Assembly (NCBI GenBank): GCA_040756875.1
Contig: JBFLYH010000002.1
Location: 158,526 to 222,525, forward strand
From: a candidate division FCPU426 bacterium
GTDB lineage: Bacteria > Oederibacteriota > JAAXVQ01 > JAUVAV01
Reading direction: 5' to 3'
DNA: 64,000 nt
The notes below the pieces were generated by a model, which was not told the origin of the DNA, did no database searches, and saw only the letters and a program-made list of their open reading frames with translations. Shown here piece after piece: positions 8,583-18,428 of this stretch. Every line of letters begins with the position of its first letter. The stretch's first letter is position 1. The translations under genes were made by a program, and so were the position numbers.

Positions 8583-9872
8583 TCAGCGTGCGGCCTGCGC
8601 GCCCGCAACCAGGGCCCGCTGCGCGATGTCCCGCCGGTAGTGCATGCCTTTGAACTGGATGCGGTTCGCGGCCTGGTAGGCCCGGTTCACGGCCTGGGCC
8701 AGGGTCTCGGCCCGCGCCACCACGTTCAACACCCGGCCGCCCTGCGTGACCCAGCGGCCGTCCTGCCAGTCCGTGCCCGCGTGCCACACCGTGATCTCCG
8801 GGATCAGCTCCGCCTCGGTCAGCCCGGTGATGGCCAGGCCCTTGGGATAGGACGCCGGGTACCCGGGCGCGGCCAACACCACGCACACCGCGGCGCCGGG
8901 TTTCCACTCCACGGTCCGCCCGGCCAGCTGGCCTTTCACGCAGGCCAGGGCCAGGTCCGACAGGTCCGAGGCCAGAAGCGGCAGCACGGCCTGGGTTTCA
9001 GGGTCGCCGAAGCGGCAGTTGAACTCAATGACCTTGGGCCCGTCCGAAGTCAGCATCAGGCCCGCATACAGGACGCCGTGGTAGGGCGTGCCTTCCTTGG
9101 CCATGCCCGCCATCACGGGGTCCAGGATTTCCTGCTGCACGCGCCGCATGATCTCCGGCGTGACCGCGGGCGCGGGCGCGTAGGCGCCCATGCCGCCGGT
9201 GTTCGGGCCTTCGTCGTTGTCGAACACGCGCTTATGGTCCTGCGCCGGCAGGAGCGGCGCGGCCGTGCGGCCGTCGCACAGGGCCAGCACGCTGGCTTCC
9301 TCGCCGGCCAGGCATTCCTCGATGACCACCCGGTCGCCCGCAGGGCCGAACACGCGCGCCTCGAAAATCTGGCGCAGCGCGGCTTCAGCCTCGGCCCGGG
9401 TCGGGGCCACGGTCACGCCCTTGCCGGCTGCCAGGCCGTCGGCTTTCACCACCACGGGCAGGCCGAAGGCCTCCAGGGCCTGGAACCCTTCCTCCAGGCT
9501 GGCGACGGTCCGGGACGCGGCCGTGGGGATGCGGTATTTTTCCATGAACTGCTTGGCGAAGTGCTTGCTGCCTTCCAGGCGGGCGCAGGCGGCCGTGGGA
9601 CCGAAGGCCGGGATGCCGGCGGCTTGCAGGCGGTCCACCACGCCCAGGGTCAGCGGCAGTTCCGGGCCGACCAGCACCAGGTCAGGCTGTTCCTGCCGCG
9701 CCAGCGCCGCCAGCCCGTCCACGTCGTCCGCAGCCACGGGCAGGCAGCGGGCTTCGCGGGCCATGCCCGCGCTGCCGGGCGCGGCCAGCACCTCGTTGAC
9801 CTGCGCGGAGCGCCGCAGGGCCCACACCATGGCGTGCTCCCGGCCGCCACTGCCGATCACCATGACTTTCAT
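8583..9872 (-). CDS. purD: Phosphoribosylamine-glycine ligase
   Basis: GSGGREHA, LEGSK, KADGLAAGKGV, GPNTGGMG, EFNCRFGDPETQ. Confidence 0.97.
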   Translation of the reverse strand: MKVMVIGSGGREHAMVWALRRSAQVNEVLAAPGSAGMAREARCLPVAADDVDGLAALARQEQPDLVLVGPELPLTLGVVDRLQAAGIPAFGPTAACARLEGSKHFAKQFMEKYRIPTAASRTVASLEEGFQALEAFGLPVVVKADGLAAGKGVTVAPTRAEAEAALRQIFEARVFGPAGDRVVIEECLAGEEASVLALCDGRTAAPLLPAQDHKRVFDNDEGPNTGGMGAYAPAPAVTPEIMRRVQQEILDPVMAGMAKEGTPYHGVLYAGLMLTSDGPKVIEFNCRFGDPETQAVLPLLASDLSDLALACVKGQLAGRTVEWKPGAAVCVVLAAPGYPASYPKGLAITGLTEAELIPEITVWHAGTDWQDGRWVTQGGRVLNVVARAETLAQAVNRAYQAANRIQFKGMHYRRDIAQRALVAGAQAAR

Positions 9873-10219
9873 GAAACCGCCTCCTGGGACTCCCGCCAGA
9901 CGATGTACTCCCGAATCAGCAACTGCGCGGGTTCGGGCAGGTCCAAAAATTCCAAAGCCACGACGCGCCGCGAACGCTGGGACAGCCGCCGGACCACGCG
10001 GGCCCGCGCGTTCTCCACTTGATGGCCGTCAAGCAGCTGGAAGCTCAGGCGCAGTTCCTGGTTGACCTGAAGCGGCACCGAACATTCCAGGCGGCAGCCC
10101 GAAGCGGACAGCTCCCGGATCACGCCCGTGGCGGACTCCACCGGCTCGCCGGGCAGCTCGAAGCGGTGCACGCGCAGGTCGGCCAGGATGCGGTACTCTA
10201 TCCGCCGGTTTTGGGACAT
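9869..10219 (-). CDS. PilZ-like domain protein
   Basis: RRIEYR (RxxxR) and ELSASG (D/NxSxxG-like) motifs; ALEF near the C-terminus. Confidence 0.75.
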   Translation of the reverse strand: MSQNRRIEYRILADLRVHRFELPGEPVESATGVIRELSASGCRLECSVPLQVNQELRLSFQLLDGHQVENARARVVRRLSQRSRRVVALEFLDLPEPAQLLIREYIVWRESQEAVS

Positions 10220-10238
10220 ACGTCGGCTCCTTGGGCGC

Positions 10239-11816
10239 TCAGTGCTTGAAGTGGCGCATGCCGGTGAATACCATGGCCAGGCCGTGTTCGTCGGCCGCGG
10301 CGATGACTTCTTCGTCCCTGACCGACCCGCCGGGCTGGATTACGGCCGTAACCCCCGCCTTGGCCAGCAGGTCCACGCCGTCACGGAACGGGAAGTAGGC
10401 GTCCGAGGCCACGGCCGCGCCCTTGGCCCGTTCCCCGGCCTGGCGCACCGCGATTTCCGCCGCGCCCACGCGGTTGGTCTGGCCCGGGCCCACGCCCACC
10501 GTGGCGCCGTTCCGGACCAGCACGATGGCGTTGGACTTGACGTGCTTGCACACCTGCCAGCCGAACAACAGGTCCTGCATTTGCTCGGGCGTGGGTTTCC
10601 GCTTGGTGACCACTTTGAGGTCCTCGGGTTTTACCCGGCCGCGGTCGCGTTCCTGGAGCAGCACGCCTCCGGAAACGCGCTTGATGTCCATGGAGAGCCA
10701 GGCCGGACCCGTTTCACCGGACGCCGGAGCGAGCGCGCCGATTTCGAGCAGGCGCAGGTTCTTCTTGGCCGCCAGCAGCTTCAGGGCCTCGGGCTCATAC
10801 CCCGGCGCAATGACGCATTCCAGGAAAATATCCTTCATGAGTTCAGCCACGGCCACGGAGAGCGGCCGGTTGAGGCCCACGATGCCGCCGTAAGCCGAAA
10901 GCGGGTCCGCCTGGTAGGCCTTGCGGTAGGCGTCCGCGATGTCCGCGCCCACGGCCAGGCCGCAGGGGTTGGTGTGTTTGATGATGCAGACCGCGGGCTC
11001 GGCGAACTCCTTCACCGGCTCGAGGGCCGCGTGCAGGTCCAGCAGGTTGTTGAAGGAGAGTTCCTTGCCCTGCAGTTGTTTGGCCGAGGAGAGCGTGGCT
11101 TCGGCGCCAGGGCCGGCTTGGCGGTACCAGGCGGCCTGCTGGTGCGGGTTCTCGCCGTACCGCAGGGCCTGCTGCCGCTGGAAAGTGAAGCGGATGGTTT
11201 CCGGGAAAGGCGTCTCGCCGCCGCCGAGCTTCTCCAGCAGGTAGCGGTGGATGCCTGCGTCGTATTCCGCGGTGTGGTCGAACGCCTCCACGGCCAGCTG
11301 CTTCAGGGTCTCGTCGCCCACCTGCCCCTGGGCCTTGTCCATTTCCGCGAGCAGGGCGGCGTACCGGGCCGGATTCACCACCACGGCCACGCTGCGGTAA
11401 TTTTTGGACGCGGACCGGATCATGGACGGCCCGCCGATGTCGATGTTCTCGATGGCTTCTTCCAGGTGCACGCCGGGCTTGGCCACGGTGCGGGCGAAGG
11501 GATACAGGTTCACGACCACCATGTCGATGGGCTCGATGTGCTGCTCTTTCAGCTGGCGCATATGGTCCGGGTTGTCGCGCAGGGCCAGCAGGCCGCCGTG
11601 GATCTTGGGATGCAGGGTCTTCACCCGGCCGTCCATCATTTCCGGGAAACCCGTGACCTCGGACACGTCCTTGACCTTGACGCCGGCTTCCTTCAGCGCC
11701 TTGGCCGTGCCGCCGGTGGACAGGATTTCCACGCCGTGCCTGACCAGGCCCTGTCCCAGCTCCACGATTCCGGTCTTGTCCGACACACTGATCAACGCCC
11801 GCTTGATTTTCACCAT
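10239..11816 (-). CDS. purH: Bifunctional AICAR transformylase/IMP cyclohydrolase
   Basis: [48 protein letters not shown]. Confidence 0.97.
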   Translation of the reverse strand: MVKIKRALISVSDKTGIVELGQGLVRHGVEILSTGGTAKALKEAGVKVKDVSEVTGFPEMMDGRVKTLHPKIHGGLLALRDNPDHMRQLKEQHIEPIDMVVVNLYPFARTVAKPGVHLEEAIENIDIGGPSMIRSASKNYRSVAVVVNPARYAALLAEMDKAQGQVGDETLKQLAVEAFDHTAEYDAGIHRYLLEKLGGGETPFPETIRFTFQRQQALRYGENPHQQAAWYRQAGPGAEATLSSAKQLQGKELSFNNLLDLHAALEPVKEFAEPAVCIIKHTNPCGLAVGADIADAYRKAYQADPLSAYGGIVGLNRPLSVAVAELMKDIFLECVIAPGYEPEALKLLAAKKNLRLLEIGALAPASGETGPAWLSMDIKRVSGGVLLQERDRGRVKPEDLKVVTKRKPTPEQMQDLLFGWQVCKHVKSNAIVLVRNGATVGVGPGQTNRVGAAEIAVRQAGERAKGAAVASDAYFPFRDGVDLLAKAGVTAVIQPGGSVRDEEVIAAADEHGLAMVFTGMRHFKH

Positions 11817-11839
11817 GCCCACTGCTCCTTTGAGGGTTT

Positions 11840-12472
11840 CTATGCCTTTTCCAGCACGCGCACGCGGCGGCCGGCCACGTCCAGGCGGTGTTCGCAGTAC
11901 AGCGCCACGGCCCGCGGATACAGGCGGTGCTCCTCGATCAGCACCCGCTCCGCCAGTTTGTCCGGAGTGTCGTGATCCAGCACCGGCACCACGGCCTGCA
12001 GAATGATCGGGCCGGTGTCCGTGCCTTCGTCCACGAAGTGCACGGTGCAGCCCGAAAACTTGGCGCCCGACCCCAGCACCGCCTCGTGCACGCGGTGCCC
12101 GTACATGCCCTCGCCGCCGAAAGCCGGCAGCAGGGCCGGATGGATGTTGATGATCTGCATGGGAAACTGCCGGACGAATTCCGGCGTAAGAATGCGCAGG
12201 TAACCGGCCAGGCAGACCAGGTTCACGCCCTGGCTGCGGAGCCGTCCGGCCAGCTCCAGGTCATACGCCACGCGGTTCGGATACGCGGCCGGATCCAGGA
12301 CCAGATCCGCGACCCCGGCGGCGCGGGCGCGCTGCAAGGCGCCGGCGTCGGCTTTGTTGCTCGCCACCAGGCGGATGTCCGCCTGCCCGAACTGGCCGGA
12401 CCGCCAGGCATCCAGCAACGCCTGGCAGTTGGTGCCTCCGCCCGAAGCCAAAATCGCAATGCGCGTGGTCAT
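11840..12472 (-). CDS. purN: Phosphoribosylglycinamide formyltransferase
   Basis: SGGGTN, LAGYLRIL, INIHPALLP, GCTVHFV, DTGPII. Confidence 0.96.
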   Translation of the reverse strand: MTTRIAILASGGGTNCQALLDAWRSGQFGQADIRLVASNKADAGALQRARAAGVADLVLDPAAYPNRVAYDLELAGRLRSQGVNLVCLAGYLRILTPEFVRQFPMQIINIHPALLPAFGGEGMYGHRVHEAVLGSGAKFSGCTVHFVDEGTDTGPIILQAVVPVLDHDTPDKLAERVLIEEHRLYPRAVALYCEHRLDVAGRRVRVLEKA

Positions 12473-12853
12473 GCAGCTCCCCCTGGTCCGCCCTGCGGAC
12501 TCGGAAAGGTTTAATAATCTCCGTATTTTTTTTGCCTGTCAAGCGTAAAGAACCGCGCCCGAGGACTCCGGATTCAAGAAAACTCCGCATTGGTACGAAG
12601 TATAGGGCAGCGGGTGCTCATTGCATTCCCTTCCTCCGTCCAATCTATGGAATCCGCTACTCATAAGCCTTTTACATATGGGGATTTGCTTCTACAGGCG
12701 CGCACCAGGACATTCTGGATAAGTTTGGGAAGGTTTTATGGAAGAAAATTCCCAGCCTCAACCCGGCAAAACGTCGGACGCACCCGGCTGCAAACGCGGA
12801 TTACATTTGTCATTTCCGGGTTTTATCGTCGCCAGCCTCGCCGCTTTCGCTGT

Positions 12854-12869
12854 TGGTACGGCTTATGCA
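12854..12869 (+). promoter_or_regulatory. Putative sigma54 -24/-12 promoter
   Basis: TGGTACG-GCTT-ATGCA with the GG-N10-GC spacing. Confidence 0.5.
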
Positions 12870-13028
12870 TTCCTTTCTTGACTGCCAAGCCAACCACGAC
12901 ATTGACCTTGACCAATTGAGGGCGGGGCTGCCGCGAGAACCTACTCCACCCCCCGGCATGGGTTCTTCTTCCGGAGCTTTCCGGAAGCGGCTCCGCCCTC
13001 AATGCCTTGACCAGGCAAGGAGGCCCCC

Positions 13029-13220
13029 ATGGATATGAAATCGCTAGGCAAGCTGTGGCTTGCAGGCTGGACGCTGTTCTTTCTCGGCAGCCTGCTGCTC
13101 GGATGCAGTACGCGCTGGTCGCCCACCGACCCGCGCCTGGACACGGCCGATCCATCGCAGGCCGTGGTTTTGGAACGCTGGGAGATTGGCGTGAGCACTG
13201 AAATCAATCCCACGCCCTGA
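13029..13220 (+). CDS. Small lipoprotein
   Basis: AAGGAGG RBS; hydrophobic signal peptide with LLGC lipobox. Confidence 0.7.
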   Translation: MDMKSLGKLWLAGWTLFFLGSLLLGCSTRWSPTDPRLDTADPSQAVVLERWEIGVSTEINPTP

Positions 13221-13409
13221 TCCCGGTCGGCCGGGAGTGCCCCCTCCGCCGCAATCCGCGGAGTTTCGCCCCCAACCTCCGGGACCGTCTCCCCCTCTTC
13301 CTTCCGTCTCCTCCATCTCCCTGGTCCCGGAGGGGTTTTCTTCCACCGGCTCACGCAAAGCACGGGCACGAAGATGCCCTGTCAGTATTCCGACAAGGAG
13401 GTCGGCGTT

Positions 13410-13886
13410 ATGTTTGGAACCGCGAACACCGTACCTGACGAGAAAGACGTTCTGGCCGCCAGGAGGGCCAAAAAGATCCTGGTAGTGGACGACGAGGACG
13501 CCGTGGTGCGCCTCATCCAGCTGCAGCTGAAATTCGAAGGGTACCAGGTCATTACGGCCTACGACGGGCTGGAAGCGCTGGAAAAAGTGGCGACGGAAAA
13601 ACCGGACCTGGTGGTGCTGGACATCATGATGCCCAAGGTGGACGGGTGGGTGGTGTGCCACAGCATCAAAAGCCACATGGAGACCAAGAACACCCGGGTC
13701 ATCATTCTCAGCGCCAAGACCCAGATCATGGCCAAGATCAAGGGGCTCTACATCTACCAGGCCGAATTGTACATGACCAAGCCCTTTGACCTGGACGAAC
13801 TGTCGTCGAACATCTCCAAGCTGCTCAGCATCGACGAAGAGGCCCGCGACCTGTCCAACAAGTCGCAGCAGCCCGCCGTGGCTTAA
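13410..13886 (+). CDS. Single-domain response regulator (receiver only)
   Basis: ILVVDDE, DLVVLDIMMPKVDG, LSA, KPF motifs; AAGGAGG RBS before 13410. Confidence 0.9.
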   Translation: MFGTANTVPDEKDVLAARRAKKILVVDDEDAVVRLIQLQLKFEGYQVITAYDGLEALEKVATEKPDLVVLDIMMPKVDGWVVCHSIKSHMETKNTRVIILSAKTQIMAKIKGLYIYQAELYMTKPFDLDELSSNISKLLSIDEEARDLSNKSQQPAVA

Positions 13887-14175
13887 TAGGCTGATGAAAA
13901 AGCCCGCAGAGCGGTCTTTTCGATTGCGTTGCATGGAGCCCTCCGGGCACCAACTTCGCCCCTTGTTACACACTCTTGGCGACATCCCCGAAGCAACTAT
14001 TCCGCATTCACCCCCGAGCAAGCTTGGGGTGCCCTGCGGAGGGGATGGAATACCCCATGAAAAATCAGAGATTTTTCTTGGGGTAACCGTCAGGTGCTGG
14101 CCCGACCAGCCTTATCTATCATAAAGGGCCGGTACAGGGTGCTAGCGGAACATATATGAGTTTTTCAGCACCCTG
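13887..14175 (-). mobile_element. MITE family A, copy 2, carrying a 112-bp nested insertion
   Basis: Reverse-complement homologue of 4644-4821; extra segment 13938-14049 bounded by ATGGA direct repeats. Confidence 0.85.
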
Positions 14176-14403
14176 CTAATGCCGCATCGCGCCCAGGAAC
14201 CAGACCAGGCCGCCGATGGTCAGCATCATGCCAGTCAGCATGAGGTACATCTGGAACATCGGGCCCAGGCGTGGACTCGGCTCCTGCTTGCGCAACCGTC
14301 GATACAGCCATAGATAGCCTTTGGACATCGGCTCCCTCAGCAGGCTCAGCAACGCTCCCACCACGATCAATCCCAGTGCCGTGTTGTTGGTTTCCACGTC
14401 CAT
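14176..14403 (-). CDS. Small two-TM membrane protein
   Basis: AAGGAG RBS; two hydrophobic segments. Confidence 0.65.
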   Translation of the reverse strand: MDVETNNTALGLIVVGALLSLLREPMSKGYLWLYRRLRKQEPSPRLGPMFQMYLMLTGMMLTIGGLVWFLGAMRH

Positions 14404-14441
14404 GCTCCTTTGCGGTCGATGATTTGCCGTGCAGCCGGCGT

Positions 14442-16448
14442 TCAGTCCTCCGCGGGCACGCGGATTTCAAGGCCCAGGCGCTGCTCCGCGAAGCGCTCCA
14501 CGTCCCGCCACTCCAGCAGCCGGGGGCACTCGGGCAGGGCCTCCAAAAAAGCCCGGCCCCAGGGGCGCGTGCGCACGCGCGCGTCCAGGATCGCAACCAG
14601 CCCGCGGTCCGTGCGGCTGCGGATCAGGCGGCCGAAGCCCTGGCGCAGCATCAGCACGGCCCGGGGCAGCGAGTAGGCCATAAAGGGATTCTCGCCCGCC
14701 TGTTCGAGCTGCTCGGCGCGCGCCTGGTGCAGCGGGTGCGTGGGCACGTCGAAGGGCAGGCGGGTGATGACCACGCAGCGCAGCGCCTCGCCCGGCACGT
14801 CCACGCCTTGCCACCAGGTGTCCACGCCCAGCAGCACCGCGCGGCCGCTGCGCCGGAACCGCGCCAGCAGCTCGGCCGGCGAGGCTTCGCCCTGCACCAG
14901 CCATTCCCGCTCCGGCTGCCAGGCGCGCAGCGCCTCGCCGGTGCGGCGCAGCAGCGCGCGGCTCGTCAGCAGCACGAACACACCGCCGTCGAACAGGGTG
15001 ATGAGTTCGCGCAGGGCCCGCCACATCTCCCGGGCAAAGGCGTCGCCTTCCAGGGGTTCGGGCAGATCAGGCAGGTATACGGCCGCCTGCTCCGCGTAGT
15101 CGAAGGGCGAGGCCGCCACCACCTCCCCGGCCTGCTCCAGACCCAGCCGGCTGCGCACGTAAGCGAAGCTCCCGCCCACGCTGAGCGTGGCTGAGGTCAA
15201 AATCACACCGGCCGCGTTCTCCGAGAGCAGGGCGCCGAGGCGTCCGCCCAGGTCCAGGGGCGTGAGCAGCAGCTGCACGTTCGCGCCCTGGGGCCGGCGG
15301 CTGCGCTCCAGCCAGGCCACCTGCCCGGCCGGGGTCTCCTGGTGCCACTGCCGCTGCACGGCCAGCGCCCGCTCCAGGCGGCCCTGCCACGCGGCCAGGC
15401 CCTGCGCCTCGGCCTCGCCTTCCGCCAGGGGCGCGGTTTCCTTAAGCAGGGCCGCCAGTTCGGTTGCCGGCTCAGGGGCCGGCAATTCGGGCAGCACGAT
15501 GCGCCGGTCCAAGCGCCAGGTGTCCTGGTCAGGCGGCACCAGCGCTTCCAGCGCCCGCCACCACGCCTCCTGTCCGCTCCCCACGGCCCGGGCCCGCCGG
15601 GCCAGGTCCGCGGCCTCGCGCGCCGGCACGCGCGCGAGGACCTGCAAGTAGTTGCGGCGGCCCCGCCCCGTCACTTCGGCCAGCAGGTGCCGGATCTCCG
15701 CCAGGGAAACGGTGTCGCTTAAAAACGTCGTGGCCACGTCCTCGAGCTCGTGGGCTTCGTCCACCACCAGGGCGCCGAACTCAGGCAGCACCTGCCCGGC
15801 GCTGGTCAGGTGGGCCAGCAGCAGGTGGTGGTTGGTCACCAGCACGTCCGCTTCGCGCTGCAGGCGGCGGGCGAGCTGCCAGAAGCAGTCCGTGAAATAC
15901 GCGCACCGCCGGCCCGGGCACAGTTCGGTCAGCACGCAGGCGCTGCGCCAGACCCGGTCGGGCATGGGCTGGGGCGCGTCCCACTGCAGGCCCGAGACCG
16001 GCTCCCGGCACCAGGCCAGCAGGCTGCGCAGGCTGTCCGCGTCGCCCGCGTCCAGGCCGGGCAGCGCTTCCTGGCGGCTGGTTTCCAGCAGGCGCAGCAG
16101 GCACACGTAATTCTCCGCGCCCAGGCACAGGGCCGAGCGGAACGGGCGCCCAATTACTTCGCCGGATTCGAGGCGCGGCAATTCCTGGTCCGTCAGCTGG
16201 GTTTGCAGGGCTTTGGTGTGGGTGGCGATCAAAAGGCGGGTTTCATGCTCCAGGGCCCAGGCTGCGCCGGGAATGAGGTAGGCCAGGCTCTTGCCCACTC
16301 CCGTGCCGGCTTCAGCCAGGCAGGCGCGGCCCTGTTCCAGGGTGGTTTGCACGGCCTGCGCCAAAGCCAGTTGCCCCTCGCGCAATTGGTAGCCAGGCCA
16401 GGCTTGGGCCAGCAGGCCGTTGGGTTGAAATATTTTTTCCAGGTCCAC
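14442..16448 (-). CDS. dinG: DinG/YoaA family ATP-dependent DNA helicase with Fe-S cluster
   Basis: Q motif (REGQ), EAGTGVGKS, NYVC plus C..C..C Fe-S ligands, DEAH, TSAT, GVDVPG, QGFGRLIR; GTG start with AGGAG RBS. Confidence 0.92.
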   Translation of the reverse strand: MDLEKIFQPNGLLAQAWPGYQLREGQLALAQAVQTTLEQGRACLAEAGTGVGKSLAYLIPGAAWALEHETRLLIATHTKALQTQLTDQELPRLESGEVIGRPFRSALCLGAENYVCLLRLLETSRQEALPGLDAGDADSLRSLLAWCREPVSGLQWDAPQPMPDRVWRSACVLTELCPGRRCAYFTDCFWQLARRLQREADVLVTNHHLLLAHLTSAGQVLPEFGALVVDEAHELEDVATTFLSDTVSLAEIRHLLAEVTGRGRRNYLQVLARVPAREAADLARRARAVGSGQEAWWRALEALVPPDQDTWRLDRRIVLPELPAPEPATELAALLKETAPLAEGEAEAQGLAAWQGRLERALAVQRQWHQETPAGQVAWLERSRRPQGANVQLLLTPLDLGGRLGALLSENAAGVILTSATLSVGGSFAYVRSRLGLEQAGEVVAASPFDYAEQAAVYLPDLPEPLEGDAFAREMWRALRELITLFDGGVFVLLTSRALLRRTGEALRAWQPEREWLVQGEASPAELLARFRRSGRAVLLGVDTWWQGVDVPGEALRCVVITRLPFDVPTHPLHQARAEQLEQAGENPFMAYSLPRAVLMLRQGFGRLIRSRTDRGLVAILDARVRTRPWGRAFLEALPECPRLLEWRDVERFAEQRLGLEIRVPAED

Positions 16449-16456
16449 GCGCGCTC

Positions 16457-17122
16457 CTAGGCTTTGCGCGCGGACTGCCAGGGCTTGCCCTTGCGCCGGA
16501 TGAAAAAATAAATTCGCCAGGACAGGCGGAAGAGGTAGAACAGGCCTACCACGCCCAGGGCGATGCCCGCGCCCGGTATTGCCAGCAGCCGCTGCAGCCA
16601 GCCGAGGACCGGGAAAATCCATCCCGTTCCGCCGAATCCGGGCCACAGCCACAGATGCAGCAGCCCGTAGCTGCCCATCCCCGCGACCAGCAGCCCCAGG
16701 CGCCGGTATGCGGCCAGCAGTCCGGCGTGGCCGCGCCGTTCGGCGTACCACAGCATGCCGATGCGGTCCGCGACCACGAACAGCGCCAAAAGCGCCGAGG
16801 CCAGGGCCGGGTAAGCGGCTCCAGGCAAAGGCAGGGCCTGTTGCACGGCCTGGGTGCCGGCAGCCGTGACCCGCGCCAGCAAATAGCCCCACAGCAGATA
16901 GGCTGCAACCAGGGGCCACAGCACCACGCGCCCCGGGGCCGGCGTTTTGGCGGTTGCGCGCTGGGGGCCCGAAGCCGCGGCCGCGTGCTCGGACAGGACC
17001 CTGGGGACCTCGGTCAGCACGGCGTTGGTCACGGCGAACGCCGGCACCCACAGCAGTTTATAGCCCAGATAGGCCAGGCCCAGGAGCATGGCCAAATTGA
17101 ACATCCCTGTCAGCCACGGCAT
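16457..17122 (-). CDS. Hypothetical polytopic membrane protein
   Basis: Several hydrophobic segments; fits the operon with dinG. Confidence 0.6.
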   Translation of the reverse strand: MPWLTGMFNLAMLLGLAYLGYKLLWVPAFAVTNAVLTEVPRVLSEHAAAASGPQRATAKTPAPGRVVLWPLVAAYLLWGYLLARVTAAGTQAVQQALPLPGAAYPALASALLALFVVADRIGMLWYAERRGHAGLLAAYRRLGLLVAGMGSYGLLHLWLWPGFGGTGWIFPVLGWLQRLLAIPGAGIALGVVGLFYLFRLSWRIYFFIRRKGKPWQSARKA

Positions 17123-17158
17123 GGATGAAATCCTTTCACAGCGAGCATAAAAACATGG

Positions 17159-17187
17159 TTGACCTGCGTTTCCAAACGGTTCACAAT
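17159..17187 (+). promoter_or_regulatory. Sigma70-type promoter upstream of the arfB-like gene
   Basis: TTGACC-N17-CACAAT. Confidence 0.45.
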
Positions 17188-17237
17188 TTCAGAAATTCCC
17201 ATTTCCCTCCCTCGCGGGGAGAAAAAAGGATTCCTGC

Positions 17238-17618
17238 ATGGCACTCCAGCACCGCAAAGCCGAACCCTGGCGGGAAGAAGACCTGGAAGAGCGCTTTGTC
17301 CGCGCCCAGGGCCCGGGCGGCCAGCACGTCAACAAAACCGCCACCTGCGTGGTCCTGCGCCACAAGCCCACGGGCGTGGAAGTGCGCTGCCAGGCCGAGC
17401 GTTCGCAAAGCCAGAACCGCGCCCTGGCGCGCCGCCTGCTCGCGGCTAAGCTTGAGGCCCTGCGCCAGGCCAAGCTTGCGGCTGAACGCCATACGCGCGA
17501 AAAAATGCGGCGCAAGCACCGCCGCCCGTCAGCCGCGGCCCAGGCCAGGCGCCTGGAAGCCAAACACCTTCACGCCCGGCGCAAAGCCGACCGCCGCGGC
17601 CCGCGCGAAGCGGATTAA
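17238..17618 (+). CDS. arfB: Class I release factor-like peptidyl-tRNA hydrolase (ArfB/YaeJ-type ribosome rescue)
   Basis: [17 protein letters not shown] and a basic C-terminal tail; no codon-recognition domain. Confidence 0.8.
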   Translation: MALQHRKAEPWREEDLEERFVRAQGPGGQHVNKTATCVVLRHKPTGVEVRCQAERSQSQNRALARRLLAAKLEALRQAKLAAERHTREKMRRKHRRPSAAAQARRLEAKHLHARRKADRRGPREAD

Positions 17619-18269
17619 TTATAAAACTTTCTCGAACTGCCGTTTGACGCTGGGCCGCGAGAAGAACACGATCAGCAGCAGCCCGATGACCGGGATGTCC
17701 CAGAACCCATGCCCCAGGCCCAGCACCACCAGCCACCCCAGCCCCGCTGCCAGCACTTCCAGCCAGGCCAAAAACAAAACCAGGCGCCGGCTCGCGGCCA
17801 CGCAATTCAGCAGCCCCACGCCCAGGATGAACACACCCGCGCTGATGGCCAGGCACACCGCTCCCGTCCAGTTCAACAACATGCGGCTGCCTGGAATCGA
17901 ATCCAGGCTCGGCGCCACGGTTCCGGCAATGATCGCCCGGATGGGAACGGCCTGGCTGAACAGCGAAATGCCGAAAAGAAAGAGGGCGACCCCGAACAGG
18001 ACGATTCCGGCCACCATGAAACTCCAGGCCACGGTCTTCAGCCCTGCAGACGGCGCTTCGGGTTCGCGTTTGAGGACTTCGCTTTGTTCCTGGCGGCGGT
18101 GCGCCTCAGGTAGGCAGCGGGGATGGAAAACCTGGTAGCTGAACGCCACGGGATTGCATTCGCCGCATACCGGCTGGCCGCACACCCCGCACTTCCACTT
18201 GCCGGGCTGGTTGTGCTCGGTGCACTGCAAAGGGGATTCGCTGGTTGGTTGCTGTTTGGAGGTAGCCAT
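17619..18269 (-). CDS. Membrane protein with N-terminal B-box-like Zn finger
   Basis: C..H...C..C...C..C..H..C then 4 TM segments. Confidence 0.7.
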   Translation of the reverse strand: MATSKQQPTSESPLQCTEHNQPGKWKCGVCGQPVCGECNPVAFSYQVFHPRCLPEAHRRQEQSEVLKREPEAPSAGLKTVAWSFMVAGIVLFGVALFLFGISLFSQAVPIRAIIAGTVAPSLDSIPGSRMLLNWTGAVCLAISAGVFILGVGLLNCVAASRRLVLFLAWLEVLAAGLGWLVVLGLGHGFWDIPVIGLLLIVFFSRPSVKRQFEKVL

Positions 18270-18336
18270 AGTCGGTAGAGCTAAATATATATTATATAGG
18301 TAAGGTAATCAAGGCTGCTGGGGACGAAACCAAGCC

Positions 18337-18424
18337 AAAAAAAGACCCAGCCGAACCCGGGAGGGTCCGGCTGGGTTTTGCTTCAGCACCGGAGGGGTCG
18401 CTGTTGCTGAAGCAAGACTTGACA
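18337..18424 (-). ncRNA. Candidate small RNA with two C-rich (CCCUCC) hairpin loops ending in an intrinsic terminator
   Basis: Hairpins GCUUCAGCA..CCCCUCC..UGCUGAAGC and ACCCAGCCGGAC-CCUCCCGG-GUUCGGCUGGGU followed by U7; ECF-like promoter just upstream. Confidence 0.55.
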
Positions 18425-18428
18425 TTGG

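Noticed and set aside
12473-12600. ZTP (pfl) or purine riboswitch upstream of purN/purH
   Set aside because: No GACUGGCG...CGCCUGGGC or purine aptamer consensus seen.
14442-17051. 869-aa N-terminally extended DinG, and extended purE/purQ/purB/rimI/GT2 starts from the ORF track
   Set aside because: The extensions overlap upstream genes; internal starts with RBS or stop-start overlaps fit better.
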